From the NCBI GenBank assembly GCA_963713605.1, contig CAVQMO010000001.1:480001-544000 (forward strand): a stretch of DNA of 64,000 bases, written 5' to 3'. Source of the stretch: an uncultured Nitrososphaerales archaeon (GTDB lineage: Archaea; Thermoproteota; Nitrososphaeria; Nitrososphaerales; Nitrososphaeraceae). The translations under genes were made by a program, and so were the position numbers. Positions 53,278 through 64,000 of this stretch are shown in pieces (position 1 is the stretch's first letter; every line of letters starts with the position of its first letter). Below the pieces are notes generated by a model. It made no database searches. It had not been told where the DNA came from and was given only the letters and a program-made list of their open reading frames with translations.

Positions 53278-54415
53278 ATGAATGGTAAAGATGAATTCCT
53301 ATTCAAGAAAAGCACCTTAATTAGTACAAGAGCAGGACGGGACATAATCAAACAAGCTCTATTGAGAGAAAAGGGATACAAGCAGTTTAGTAAATACAGC
53401 CGTGAAACTGAAGAACAATTTCAGGACTTTACCAAACGCTACTTGTTATCGCTACACAAGCTGATCATCTCTGACCAAAATCCCTCTGGTTCTCTTAGAA
53501 AATTCTCCGAAGAAATAGGGTCTTCAGAGATGGTTCTTGACGATTCTAAAATACAAGATGTCATGGCGAGAATATCTCGACCTGAAATTCTTGCAGACAG
53601 AGTGGAGCGCATATTAAATTCCAATTTTGTCTTAATGACTTTCCCTGTTCTAAATGCATTGTTTGATGGGGCAGCTGCATTCTTTCAAGAAAGTATTAGT
53701 CCTGAGGTGAGAACTACCATCATAGACGGACACATTATCGCAATAGATCTTAGCGAACCTATGGACAGGATTATTGACAAAGATGAGGACTTGGATTATC
53801 TGGATGATTACAAGCTAATGAATCCATATATACTTCAGGTTGCAAGACAAATGATTTCCGTCGGAGGAGAACGCAGTACTTAAATCATTTGAAGAAGGCT
53901 TTAAGGATGCTAGAGTAGGACAGTATATTGATCAGAGACTCAAAGCGAAGCCTGAGTCTGTCACAGATGAGAATATGATGGGTTGCTACAAGAAGTATCG
54001 AGCAATTATGGGCACGGCAGCTAGAAATATGGCAGTTGATAGGAAACCACTTGGTGAAATCTATCATTTGGGTATGGCAAAGGCCAGTGAAGCTGTAGGT
54101 TGTGGAAACGAGATCCAGGATGCAATTAAGAACGGATCAATAAAAATTCCATCTTGGCCGTTGTACTATAGCATTATCACTGGGGACGTGCAAAAGGCAT
54201 TCGAACTTACGATGAGAAAAAGCTCAAACTACTTGGACGAGGCAAGAATCGCTCTAGATATGCTTCCGCACGAATATGGCTTTAGACCGTTCTTAGAATT
54301 CCTTTTCCTGTACGTCAATCATTACAATCAATATTGGTTCAATGAATTGAATAAGCGAGACCTCTATGCATTGTTACAGAAAAACCTAACACTGAGTGAC
54401 CTGCATAGAAAATGA
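53278..54415 (+). CDS. Helical hypothetical protein, frameshift near 53872
   Basis: ORFs 53278..53883 and 53975..54415 join after removing one base. Confidence 0.75.
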
Positions 54416-54482
54416 AGGTGCCACCCTTCGTATTTATTAAGAAGGTTTATTATTCTAACCACAGTTCTATCTTCAAGCGCAA

Positions 54483-54695
54483 ATGTCTAGCGAGTACGAG
54501 AAGAACGTAGTAAAGCTCATCCAAGAAAAACTTGACGAGTTAGAATATTTGAAAAAGGCTGAAGACTGGAATAAATCTCGGGCACAGAGATTGGCAGACG
54601 AAATTGAAACACTTGAGACCTTATTTGAAAATTACAACTTAGGAATGAATTATTTTCGGCGGGCGAAAGGGGGAAGATCAGGACTCAGAGAATGA
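54483..54695 (+). CDS. Small coiled-coil hypothetical protein
   Basis: 70-aa ORF with an upstream TTTATTAT box. Confidence 0.75.
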   Translation: MSSEYEKNVVKLIQEKLDELEYLKKAEDWNKSRAQRLADEIETLETLFENYNLGMNYFRRAKGGRSGLRE

Positions 54696-54860
54696 GGGTT
54701 TCGCCTGCATAAGGCTAGCAGGTGTATGTTCAATTTTTAGTATCGGAAATTATCATTATACCTTCTTCTCGGAGCGTAACTGCGGGTCTGGCAGCTCAAA
54801 ATCTCATTATAAACTAACAAGAGAGACTTCGTAATTATTTATATACCTAATTCTTGGCAT

Positions 54861-56415
54861 ATGACTCAGGCCATGCACGAGGATAAGATAAAGAAGTTAT
54901 ATCATATCAAGAAGCTGTCTGAGGAAGGAGGCGGGCCGGAGAGGATTTCCGCCCAACATTCCAAGGGTAAGCTAACAGCGAGGGAAAGAATTAGCCTTCT
55001 GTTAGATGAGGATTCTTTCGTCGAAATTGATAAGTATGTAATCCATCGCAATGATGATCCTTCGACTAGAGCGTATTTTGGAGATGGGGTATTGACAGGA
55101 TTCGGCACCATTGATGGGCGAAAGGTGTTTGTTTACGTTTACGATTTTACGGTGTTAGGAGGCTCGCTAGGTGAAATGGCAGGAAAAAAGATCGTGAAGG
55201 TTATGGATCATGCTCTTAGGGTCGGTGTCCCTATCATAGGAATTCTGGATTCGGGAGGAGCAAGAATTCAAGAAGGAGTAATGAGTTTAGACGGTTACGG
55301 GGATATCTTCTATCGGAACACTCTCGCATCGGGCGTTATTCCACAAATAACTGCCAGCATGGGTCCTTGTGCAGGGGGTGCTGTTTATTCTCCTGCCATG
55401 ACTGACTTCGTAATTATGGTGGAACGCATAGGGCAAATGTTTGTTACAGGACCTGAGGTAGTCCATGAGGTGTTAGGGCAGGAGGTTTCATTTGAAGAGC
55501 TAGGAGGTGCAATAACACATGCCAGTAAATCTGGCGTGGCTCATTTTGTAGCAAAAGACGAATATGCATGCATTGATAAGATAAAAAAACTCCTTTCCTA
55601 TCTACCACAAAACAATAGCGAATTTCCTCCAATTGTTCAACCAGGAGATGATCCAAATCGGATCGATGCTACCCTTGCGTCTATACTCCCTGAAAATCCG
55701 TATGAACAATATGATATGAAGCAAATAGTCAAATCAATTGTCGATCACGGAGATTTCTTTGAGATACACGAACTCTTCGCAGAGAATGTTGTTGTAGGGT
55801 TTGCAAGAATGGGAGGAAGATCTGTAGGAATAGTTGCTAACCAGCCTTTGTATCTTGCTGGAGCCTTGGATATTAATTCTTCCAACAAAGTCTGCGAGGT
55901 TCATTAGATTTTGTGATTGCTACAACATTCCCATTGTTACCTTGGTAGATACTCCTGGTTACCTACCTGGAACGGATCAAGAACACAACGGGATAATTCG
56001 GCATGGGAGCAAATTGTTGTACTCTTATTGCGAGGCATCTGTGCCTAAGATCACTTGTATAATAGGAAAAGCGTATGGCGGCGCTTATATCGCCATGGGA
56101 AGCAAAAACCTTAGAGCTGACATAAACTTTGCATGGCCAACAGCTGAAATTGCAGTTCTTGGACCCGAGGCCGCAATAACGATAATAAATCGCCGAGACC
56201 TCAAGAAATCTGAGGACTTGGCAAAAACCAAAAAGACTCTTGCGAAAGAATACAGAGAAAAGTTCGCCAATCCCTATATCGCAGCAGAGAAAGGAATTAT
56301 CGATTTGGTTATAGATCCAATGGAAACTAGACCTATGATTATAAGGGCACTTGATACCTTATCCACTAAAAGGGAGACATATCCGTGGAAGAAACATGGG
56401 AACATAAATTTATAG
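54861..56415 (+). CDS. pccB: Acetyl/propionyl-CoA carboxylase, carboxyltransferase subunit, frameshift near 55890
   Basis: KLTARER, DSGGARIQEG, GPCAGGA, KAYGGAY, KKHGNINL. Confidence 0.95.
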
Positions 56416-56425
56416 AGGTGAGCAA

Positions 56426-57947
56426 ATTACGACCAAAACAATAAGCAAAATTCTGATTGCAAATAGGGGCGAGATCGCTCTAAGGGTAGTCCGTGCATGT
56501 AAAGAACTGGGAATAAAATCTGTTGCAGTATTTTCTGATGAAGATACACGCTCAGTGCATGTAAAAAGAGCTGACGAAGCATACAACATTGGACCAGCAG
56601 CAGCCACAGAAAGTTATCTGAATCTGAAGAGAATTATTGAGATTGCAAAGCAATCAGGGTCAGATGCTATTCATCCAGGGTATGGGTTTTTGTCCGAAAA
56701 CGAAGGATTTGCAAAGGCTTGCAAGAAGAGTGGGATAATATTCATAGGGCCTGGAAGTGAAGCTATGGAAGTCACTGGTGACAAGATGAAGTGTAAAGAA
56801 GTGATGAAAGAAGCAGGAGTTCCATTGGTGCCCGGTAGTGACGGTGTAGTTGATGATCTTGATGAAGCCGTTGCGATAGCAAAAGATTCTGGATTTCCTG
56901 TCCTCCTCAAATCTGCATTTGGTGGGGGAGGAAGAGGGATTCGCTTGGCCAAGGATGAAAAAGAACTACGGCAAGAATACGAGATGGCCTCTGCCGAATC
57001 AAAGGCAGCGTTTGGGAAAGGCTGCACTTTATGTTGAAAAATGCCTTGAGGGCATCCGCCATATTGAATATCAACTTATTCGCGATACACACGGCAACAG
57101 TAGGCACCTATTCGAACGTGAATGTTCTGTGCAAAGAAGACATCAGAAGCTCATCGAAATGTCTCCGTCTCCCGTCCTAGATGCTAAAACTCGTAATAAG
57201 ATAGGAGAAATCGCAGTTAGAGCTGTTGATGCCGTGGATTACGTCAATGCGGGAACGGCCGAATTTTTAAGAGACAACAAAGGAAATTTCTACTTTATAG
57301 AAATAAACTCCAGATTACAAGTGGAACATCCAGTCACTGAATTTGTTACAGGGTTAGATCTTGTGAAATTGCAAATTTCAATAGCACAAGAAGAAAAAAT
57401 CCCGTTCAAGCAGGAAGAGTTAAATTTAAGAGGATCAGCAATTGAATGTCGTATAAACGCAGAAGACCCATTTAACGAATTCTCGCCATCGGTCGGATTA
57501 GTTCCTTCATGCAATCTACCTTACGGGCCCGGTGTACGGGTGGATTCATATCTATACCCTGGCTGTATGGTATCCGGATATTATGACTCCCTCGTGGCAA
57601 AGCTCATTACTTGGGGCAACCATTTCGAAGAAGCTAGAAGCCGGATGATTAACGCATTAAATGAATTTGAAGTCGAGGGTGTAAATACAACCATACCTCT
57701 TCACAAGACGATAATGAAGGAGGAGCATTTCATAAGAGGGGAGCTGTCAACTGACTATCTAGATCGATATGCGTTAATGGATAAGCTTCTCAAGGATACG
57801 AAGGGCTTGTCATCTCAGACTCAGGTTCCTGCTCTCGCCGCACTTTTGCTTTATTCAGAGTTTAAGAGAACCCATTCACTCAGCAGAGGTGATGTTCGGC
57901 CTTCCGAACGCATGCCGGCATGGATCAGACAGAGAGGAAGCTTTTGA
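56426..57947 (+). CDS. accC: Biotin carboxylase; no canonical start codon; frameshift near 57015
   Basis: KILIANRGEIA, HPGYGFLSEN, GGGGRG, RECSVQRRHQK, RLQVEHPVTE, RINAED. Confidence 0.95.
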
Positions 57948-58459
57948 TGGAATTTAAAATAGCGCATCTGGATCAGCCCGTTAACGCAGAGTTTGTCAGC
58001 ACCCTGGGCGAGTCTGAAGCCATGGTCAAGATAAACCAAAGAGATTACCGTCTGAAAGTCCTGAGGTTTTCTTCAAATATTGTCGAATTTATGATAGATA
58101 ACTCCTACCATTACGCAAAAATACTCAATTCTAGTACTTCTGAGGTGAAGTTGTTAATAGATGGGACTGAAATGAAAATAAACAAGCATTCCAAACTGTC
58201 AGAAGTTTTGGAAAAGTCATTATCTATGATCTCGCAGACGACGGGAGTAAATAATTTGACAAGTCAGATACCCGGAAGAGTTGTTAGCGTATTAGGGAAG
58301 CAGGGTGACCCGGTAAACAAAGGGGACTCCATAGTGGTACTGGAATCCATGAAAATGCAGGTTGCGGTAAAATCCCATAAAGATGGCAAGATAAAAGAAA
58401 TAAAAGTTAAGCAGGGAAACACTGTATCCAGAAATGACGTCATTGCTGTTATAGAGTAG
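57947..58459 (+). CDS. accB: Biotin carboxyl carrier protein
   Basis: LESMKMQ biotinylation motif. Confidence 0.95.
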   Translation: MEFKIAHLDQPVNAEFVSTLGESEAMVKINQRDYRLKVLRFSSNIVEFMIDNSYHYAKILNSSTSEVKLLIDGTEMKINKHSKLSEVLEKSLSMISQTTGVNNLTSQIPGRVVSVLGKQGDPVNKGDSIVVLESMKMQVAVKSHKDGKIKEIKVKQGNTVSRNDVIAVIE

Positions 58460-58558
58460 TAAGAATAAAAAAGTAACATTCAGTCACATGCATCTTGCCA
58501 CAGAGGGCTGGCACCTTTACATTTAACAAACCTTAATTAGTAAAGTAAAATTGCCTAA

Positions 58559-59050
58559 CTATTTTTCCAAAGAAGATCTTATCTCGTCGTAATTTGGCTC
58601 CACCAGTGGATTGTCAGATATCCATCTGTACCTAATTATTCCGCTTTCGTCCAGCACGAACACTGAACGCTTAGCTGCGTTATAACTTTCTAAAGGACCC
58701 AAGTTGGCCATTACAATGCCATATTTGTTTATGACCTCACGCTTGTAATCGCTAAGAATCGGAAAATTAAGGTGTCTGTTCTCTGTAAAAATCTTGTTAG
58801 CAAACGGGCCGTCTACGGAGATACCAACAACCTGAGCCCCAAGGGATTTTAGCATTGCTAGCGAGTCCCTCAGCGCACACATTTCGGCAGTACATACAGG
58901 CGATTCTGCAGCTGGAAAAAAAGCGAGAACAAGTTTCCTGCCCCTAAATTCTTCAAGGCTTCGACTTCTCATCTCAACATCAGGCAGATTAAAGCCAGGA
59001 GCTTCTTGTCCTATCTTGGGAACTGAAACGGTTGTTGGGGTTGAAGACAT
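58559..59050 (-). CDS. Peroxiredoxin (AhpC/TSA family)
   Basis: FFPAAESPVCTAEMC, GISVD, KRSVFV. Confidence 0.93.
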   Translation of the reverse strand: MSSTPTTVSVPKIGQEAPGFNLPDVEMRSRSLEEFRGRKLVLAFFPAAESPVCTAEMCALRDSLAMLKSLGAQVVGISVDGPFANKIFTENRHLNFPILSDYKREVINKYGIVMANLGPLESYNAAKRSVFVLDESGIIRYRWISDNPLVEPNYDEIRSSLEK

Positions 59051-59092
59051 GGACCAGACTACACCTTAGGACAATAAATTAATTTCGGAATC

Positions 59093-60299
59093 TCAGCTAT
59101 TTGGAAAGCCGGAGTGTCTGCGTAGCTCCCTAATTGTTTCTTCCAACGCCAAAACTACCCTTTCTACTTCAAACGTTGTGTTTTGATGACCAAGAGTAAG
59201 CCGAAGGGAACCTTCAATTTCCAACAGCGATAGGCCCATTGCTTTGAGTACATGGGAGGGCCTAGCTTTATTAGAAGAGCATGCTGCCACCGGTAGACGC
59301 CGCAATCCCGTACTCATTCAGTTTTACAATGATGTCCTCTCCCTTGACTCCAGGAAAGCTAAAATGAGCGTTATTGGGTAGTCTTTGATTCATTGAACCG
59401 TTGACATGGCTTCTAGGTACCGTCGATAATACTCTATCAATGAGATAGTCCCTGAGTTTCTTTACGTTGCTCCAATTTTCAAACAGGTTTTCTGAAGCGA
59501 TCCTGCAGGCCTCACCAAAACCTACTATGCCATATACATTTTCAGTGCCCGATCTCAAGGACTTTTCTTGACCCCCGCCGTCGATCAAAGGGATCAATTG
59601 GTCCCGGTCGCGAGCATATAAAGCCCCAATTCCTTTCGGTCCGTATATCTTGTGTGACGATAGCGATAGCAGATCCACACCAAGTTGCTTCACATCGATT
59701 GGAATTTTCCCCAGAGCCTGGACAACATCACAATGGAAGAGGGCGGTGGAATATTCATGGGTAATTTTAGCTAATTCTCTAATTGGCTGAATGGTCCCCA
59801 CCTCATTGTTCGCTAACATCATGCTTACGAGCCTTACTTTATCTTTCTTTAGGATTTCAAGTAAGGATTCCAGCTTAATGATTCCTTCCCTATTCACTTC
59901 GACAAATTTAACATTGAATCCCTGAGCTTTTAAGGTATTGAAAGGTTGAAGTACTGAGTCATGTTCTATGCTACTTGAAATAAGAACAGTACTCTGGTTA
60001 TCATTGTCGATACCTAGTCTGGATACACTGCCCTTAATGGCTAGATTGTTTGCCTCTGTTCCACCAGATGTGAACGTTATTTCGTTAGGACTGCTTCCCA
60101 CGAGGTAAGCTACGTGTCTCCGGGCTTTCTCAATTGCTCTTGAAGTGTTGAAGCCAAACGAATGCTGTGAAGACGGATTTCCATAGTGATTTCCAAGATA
60201 AGGAACCATTTCTTGGATCACTTCGGCAAGAACGGGAGTAGTTGCCGCGTTGTCAAAGTAGATCAAGGCACGGTGATCCATTGTCAAATTCATCTTCAC
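59093..60299 (-). CDS. iscS: Cysteine desulfurase (IscS/NifS group I), frameshift near 59290
   Basis: YFDNAATT, TSGGTEANN, SSHKIYGPKG, RSGTEN; ACSS catalytic Cys lies in the shifted frame. Confidence 0.93.
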
Positions 60300-60306
60300 T
60301 ATTGTC

Positions 60307-61143
60307 CTATTTCACTATAACTAGGCTTCCTTGTCTGTATCCTTTCATGTCGACTGACACGTATCTAAAACCAAGTTCTTTGATCATTTGGTCGGCTTCT
60401 CCCAGCTTTTTGACATCAAACAACCTATGAAGTTCATTACTTCCCACCTCAATTCGTGCAAGCTCGCCATGATCTCTTACTCTGACCTGTTCTACATCAA
60501 AGATTGTCTTTATTATGGATTCAGCCTTTTCAATCCTAGCAATTAAAGAATGTGTTATTCCCTTCCCGTACGGGATTCGAGAGGCTAAACAAGAATTTGC
60601 AGGTTTATTAGAGACAGAAAGTTTGAAGTATTCTGCGATTTTTCGAATATCTGACTTATTTAGGCCAACTTCAAGTAAGGGATGTCTTACACCTGCCTCC
60701 TGCAATGCTCTAATTCCGGGTCTATGATCTCCTAGATCATCAACATGTGTCCCATCAACAATACTTTTGGCTCCAATTTCTTTTCCTCTTGAAACAAGAT
60801 GGAGTGCTAGGTCCTTTCGACAGTGATAGCATCTAGCATTGTCGTTTCTTGTGAAATCTTGATTCATGAGCATATTGTACTCTACTATTTCATGTTTAAT
60901 CCCCAGTTCCTTTGCTACAATAATGGCACTCTTTAGTTCCTCTTCCGAGGTAGTAGCACAATTTGCCGTCATCGCCATAGCTTTCTGGCCCAATCGCATT
61001 TGAGCGGCTAATGCTACAACAGCACTATCTACTCCGCCAGAAAGGGCAACAATTACCTTGTCATTGATCGCGCCGAACCATCTGAGCAACAGATCGTATT
61101 TTTGACCTGACCCGTCAAGCTCGCGAATGGAATTTATCTCCAA
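60307..61143 (-). CDS. larE: LarE sulfur insertase (PP-loop)
   Basis: SGGVDS, RCYHC, DGTHVDD..RPG, SCLASRIPYG, VRVRDHG. Confidence 0.93.
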   Translation of the reverse strand: MEINSIRELDGSGQKYDLLLRWFGAINDKVIVALSGGVDSAVVALAAQMRLGQKAMAMTANCATTSEEELKSAIIVAKELGIKHEIVEYNMLMNQDFTRNDNARCYHCRKDLALHLVSRGKEIGAKSIVDGTHVDDLGDHRPGIRALQEAGVRHPLLEVGLNKSDIRKIAEYFKLSVSNKPANSCLASRIPYGKGITHSLIARIEKAESIIKTIFDVEQVRVRDHGELARIEVGSNELHRLFDVKKLGEADQMIKELGFRYVSVDMKGYRQGSLVIVK

Positions 61144-62377
61144 ACCTAGTTTGAATCTCAGATAAAGCTATCTGGTTTGCCACTCTTAAAGGTATTCTTA
61201 ATGACCTCGAAATTTTACTGATATCATTAAATTCTGGTTTGGCATTCACAATCTTTCCGTTAGAATCTTTGGAAACCTTCACGTGTATGATAAATTCATC
61301 GTTCAATATCTTGCATTTCATGGTTATTGCATCTCTATCTAATACTATCCTTTTCATATCTTGAATTCGCACGCCTAAAGTTCCCGTCTCTGTAAAGAGA
61401 AAATCCAAAGTAGCGTCTACTCTACTGAAATCAGTTATGATTTTTATCGTATAGTTTGGTCTGTTCTTCTTCGATATACCAGGTATAACGGTTACATCCT
61501 TTATCCCGCTTTTACTTAAATGTTCGATCAAGGCTCCCAAGTTCTCTCCTGTGATATCGTCTACATTTGTTTCCAACACAATCACAGTATCGTTTCCGTA
61601 CTTGAATGATGAACGGGAATTTCCCTTTACAAATCTTGTCACATTTGCAATTTGTCCGAGATCTTTGGAACCTGCACCGAATCCTATTCTTTCCGGTTGG
61701 AAGTCTGGGTATCTATTTACACTTCCTATACAAAGATTTGCAAGTAGAGCGGCACCAGTTGGAGTAGTAGTTTCAGTTTCAGAATACCCAGCTGTAAGGA
61801 TAAATGGTCTGCCCAAAAAGATCTGTAATACTGCGTTGGTCGGATTCTGGACAATCCCATGCGAGAAATGTGTGAGCCCGCTTCCAGTTGCAATCGGTGT
61901 AGAGTAGACATTCGACGAGAAGAGATCAAGACTATTGGCAGCAATCCCCGATCCTACTAAATCGACCAGTGTGTCGATATTTGATGCTTCGTGGAGGTCA
62001 ACAGCCCTAGTACTCTGACCGTGAATTTTAGATTCAGCGGCAACCAATGTTTGCATGGTATTCTGAATATATGATTTAGTCCGGTGATCTAAATCTAATT
62101 TTTTGCAGCAGCGAGAGGTGGCTGTAATAAGTTCCCTCCCTTTTCTACTGGTCTTATTATCCGTAGATTTAAGAAAGAATCGCGTCGCTTTGATTCCCTT
62201 AGACGTCACCTTTTCAAAACTTGCCTCTAAGATCCTGACACCTTCCAAGAAATCTTCGCACGCATAGATTGAATCAAGAACCCGCTTCACGTCCGCCCCT
62301 GCATCTATAAGTGATGAGAGAAACATATCGCCTGATATACCTGAAATTTGCGAATCAATCACTGCAATTCCTGGCAA
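61115..62377 (-). CDS. larC: LarC nickel insertase
   Basis: GISGDM, AESKIHG, TTPTGAA, ETNVDD, KKNRP, TGTLGVR, KPEFND. Confidence 0.93.
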   Translation of the reverse strand: MPGIAVIDSQISGISGDMFLSSLIDAGADVKRVLDSIYACEDFLEGVRILEASFEKVTSKGIKATRFFLKSTDNKTSRKGRELITATSRCCKKLDLDHRTKSYIQNTMQTLVAAESKIHGQSTRAVDLHEASNIDTLVDLVGSGIAANSLDLFSSNVYSTPIATGSGLTHFSHGIVQNPTNAVLQIFLGRPFILTAGYSETETTTPTGAALLANLCIGSVNRYPDFQPERIGFGAGSKDLGQIANVTRFVKGNSRSSFKYGNDTVIVLETNVDDITGENLGALIEHLSKSGIKDVTVIPGISKKNRPNYTIKIITDFSRVDATLDFLFTETGTLGVRIQDMKRIVLDRDAITMKCKILNDEFIIHVKVSKDSNGKIVNAKPEFNDISKISRSLRIPLRVANQIALSEIQTRFGDKFHSRA

Positions 62378-62455
62378 GAACTAACTCAGATAATTAGGGC
62401 AAATACATATTTAATTTGTAGCCATGTCGATGATTTTAGGGCACAATTAGAAGAC

Positions 62456-62463
62456 TTTTATTA
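62456..62463 (+). promoter_or_regulatory. TATA box of mdh
   Basis: TTTTATTA ~30 nt upstream of ATG 62493, preceded by a purine-rich BRE-like stretch. Confidence 0.5.
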
Positions 62464-62492
62464 GCGACTCGGGGCGTATTTTTGGAATAAAT

Positions 62493-63407
62493 ATGAATAT
62501 CACTGTTGTCGGTTCGGGCAAAGTTGGTGCTTCTGCGGCATTGAATGCTTGTCTTCGAAAGTTAGGAGATGTTCTTTTATTGGATATCGTGAAGGGACTC
62601 CCTCAAGGGGAGGCCTTGGACATAAACCATCAATTGTCTGAACTTGGCATCGATTGTAGAGTAAGAGGTTCAAATGAGTATGAGGATTTGATAGGCTCCG
62701 ACATCATCGTATTGGTGGCCGGGGTGGGAAGGAAGCCCGGAATGACCAGGATGGACCTCTTAACCACAAATGCAAATATCATCAAAGATATTGCTACCAA
62801 GATACGATCGTTGGCTAGTCGTGCAATTGTGATCGTAGTCACGAATCCTGTTGATCCGATGACCTATTTGACTTTAAAAATTCTTGGAACAGACAAAAAA
62901 AGGGTCATGGGAATGGGTAACATGCTTGATCTTTCGAGATTCAAAAGTCTTATTCACGAGACCACTGGATTTTCAAGAGCCTCCATCAGCGCAATGGTGA
63001 TTGGAGAACATGGCGAGAATATGCTGCCTCTTCCTAGGTTTTCTTCGGTATCAGGAATTCCGTTAACCACATTCTTGTCATCGGAACAAATCAAGACCAC
63101 TCTCGAATCTACGAGGAAGATAGCTGCTGAAGTTATATCTCTAAAAGGTGCGACAATTCACGCCCCCGGTAATGCGATAGCCGCAATGATTGAATCTATT
63201 GTAAGAGACAGAAAGAGCCTGATCCCGGTGTCTGCTCTTTTGGACGGAGAATATGGTGGTTCAAATGTTTGTCTTGGGGTACCAGCAGTACTCGGTGCAA
63301 ATGGCATTGAGAAAATAGTTGAACTAAAACTCGATAGTTCGGAAAGAGAGATATTTGATAGAGGAATAGCAAGCGTTAAAACTGCAATTACCGAGCTTCA
63401 TATGTAA
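62493..63407 (+). CDS. mdh: Malate dehydrogenase (LDH-like)
   Basis: GSGKVG, RKPGMTRMDL, TNPVD, LDLSR, GEHG. Confidence 0.96.
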   Translation: MNITVVGSGKVGASAALNACLRKLGDVLLLDIVKGLPQGEALDINHQLSELGIDCRVRGSNEYEDLIGSDIIVLVAGVGRKPGMTRMDLLTTNANIIKDIATKIRSLASRAIVIVVTNPVDPMTYLTLKILGTDKKRVMGMGNMLDLSRFKSLIHETTGFSRASISAMVIGEHGENMLPLPRFSSVSGIPLTTFLSSEQIKTTLESTRKIAAEVISLKGATIHAPGNAIAAMIESIVRDRKSLIPVSALLDGEYGGSNVCLGVPAVLGANGIEKIVELKLDSSEREIFDRGIASVKTAITELHM

Positions 63408-63440
63408 GGCTTTTATCATCGAGAGTTTCATTGGTTACGA

Positions 63441-64000
63441 ATGGATCTGGGCCAATTGCTGAAAAAATACTCTGATGGCGAGATTGGGATTAACGAAATT
63501 CAAAGAGAAATTTCAATTGAGAACATCGGATACATAGGAGATAACATAGCACGTCTTGACGTACAAAGGGAGAAGCGAAAGGGTTGTCCAGAGGTTATCC
63601 TTGCTTTAGAAAAGCAATACAAAGATTTGTATGAAATTACCCTAAAAACGTTGGAGAAAACAGGCCTGGCCCTCATAAGCAAGGTATCAGAGGAAGTCTT
63701 TGCAAAACTCTCAACTCAGTTGAAACTGGAAGGATATATGGTTGAGTTAGCGGCACGTGGGACAACCATTATGGTATCGACCCAAGAACTCACAATCAAC
63801 GGGAGTAATCCTCAGATTGGGATCATTTGTGCTGGGACATCGGATATACCTATCGCTGAGGAGGCGAGAATGATGGCCAAAGCTATGGGCTGCGCCGCAA
63901 ATATTCACTATGACGTAGGGATAGCAGGAATACATAGGTTGCTTCCAGCTCTAAAGGGCATCATGGAAAAAAACGTAGAAGCTATCGTAGTAGTAGCTGG
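63441..64000 (+). CDS. larB: LarB (PurE-like carboxylase/hydrolase), 3'-truncated by the window edge; not in the ORF track
   Basis: Manual translation: ARLDVQREKRKGCPEVI, CAGTSDIPIAEEA, YDVGIAGIHRL, IVVVA. Confidence 0.92.
   Translation, partial: MDLGQLLKKYSDGEIGINEIQREISIENIGYIGDNIARLDVQREKRKGCPEVILALEKQYKDLYEITLKTLEKTGLALISKVSEEVFAKLSTQLKLEGYMVELAARGTTIMVSTQELTINGSNPQIGIICAGTSDIPIAEEARMMAKAMGCAANIHYDVGIAGIHRLLPALKGIMEKNVEAIVVVA

Noticed and set aside
4..63935. Many antisense or nested ORFs in the track (e.g. 4..369, 22373..22861, 49835..50284)
   Set aside because: Shadow frames of well-supported genes
1..64000. CRISPR array, rRNA, SRP or RNase P RNA
   Set aside because: No regularly spaced repeats and no recognisable motifs found by eye

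Overview
Core-genome segment of an ammonia-oxidising archaeon, most likely Nitrososphaeraceae (inferred from gene content: cytochrome b plus membrane cupredoxin, phaE, fused RpoA'/A'', acetyl/propionyl-CoA carboxylase, class I LysRS, standalone ATPase subunit F). It carries translation and transcription genes (rpl1/10/12, rps11, rpoH-rpoB-rpoA-rpl30e-nusA-rps12-rps7, tbp, lysS, elp3, trmI), metabolism and cofactor genes (purP, purM, folP, folE, queC, thiL, pmm, lysC, pckA, acc, mdh, larB/C/E, iscS) and three tRNA genes. About a dozen genes, including essential rpoB and rps11, are broken mostly by single-base insertions, which I read as sequencing errors. Main findings: (1) a tRNA-Gln(CTG) with three bulge-helix-bulge (BHB) introns at 10/11, 21/22 and 37/38; (2) a 1-kb decayed tyrosine-recombinase element bounded by a 12-bp direct repeat and ~18-bp inverted repeats, inserted just upstream of tRNA-Thr(CGT) and followed by a divergent topoisomerase VI pair; (3) a nickel-pincer cofactor locus (larC-larE-iscS, mdh-larB) plus a degenerate LarA-like gene; (4) a PHA cluster with no phaC. 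No CRISPR array or rRNA was seen. All family calls come from recalled motifs, not database searches.
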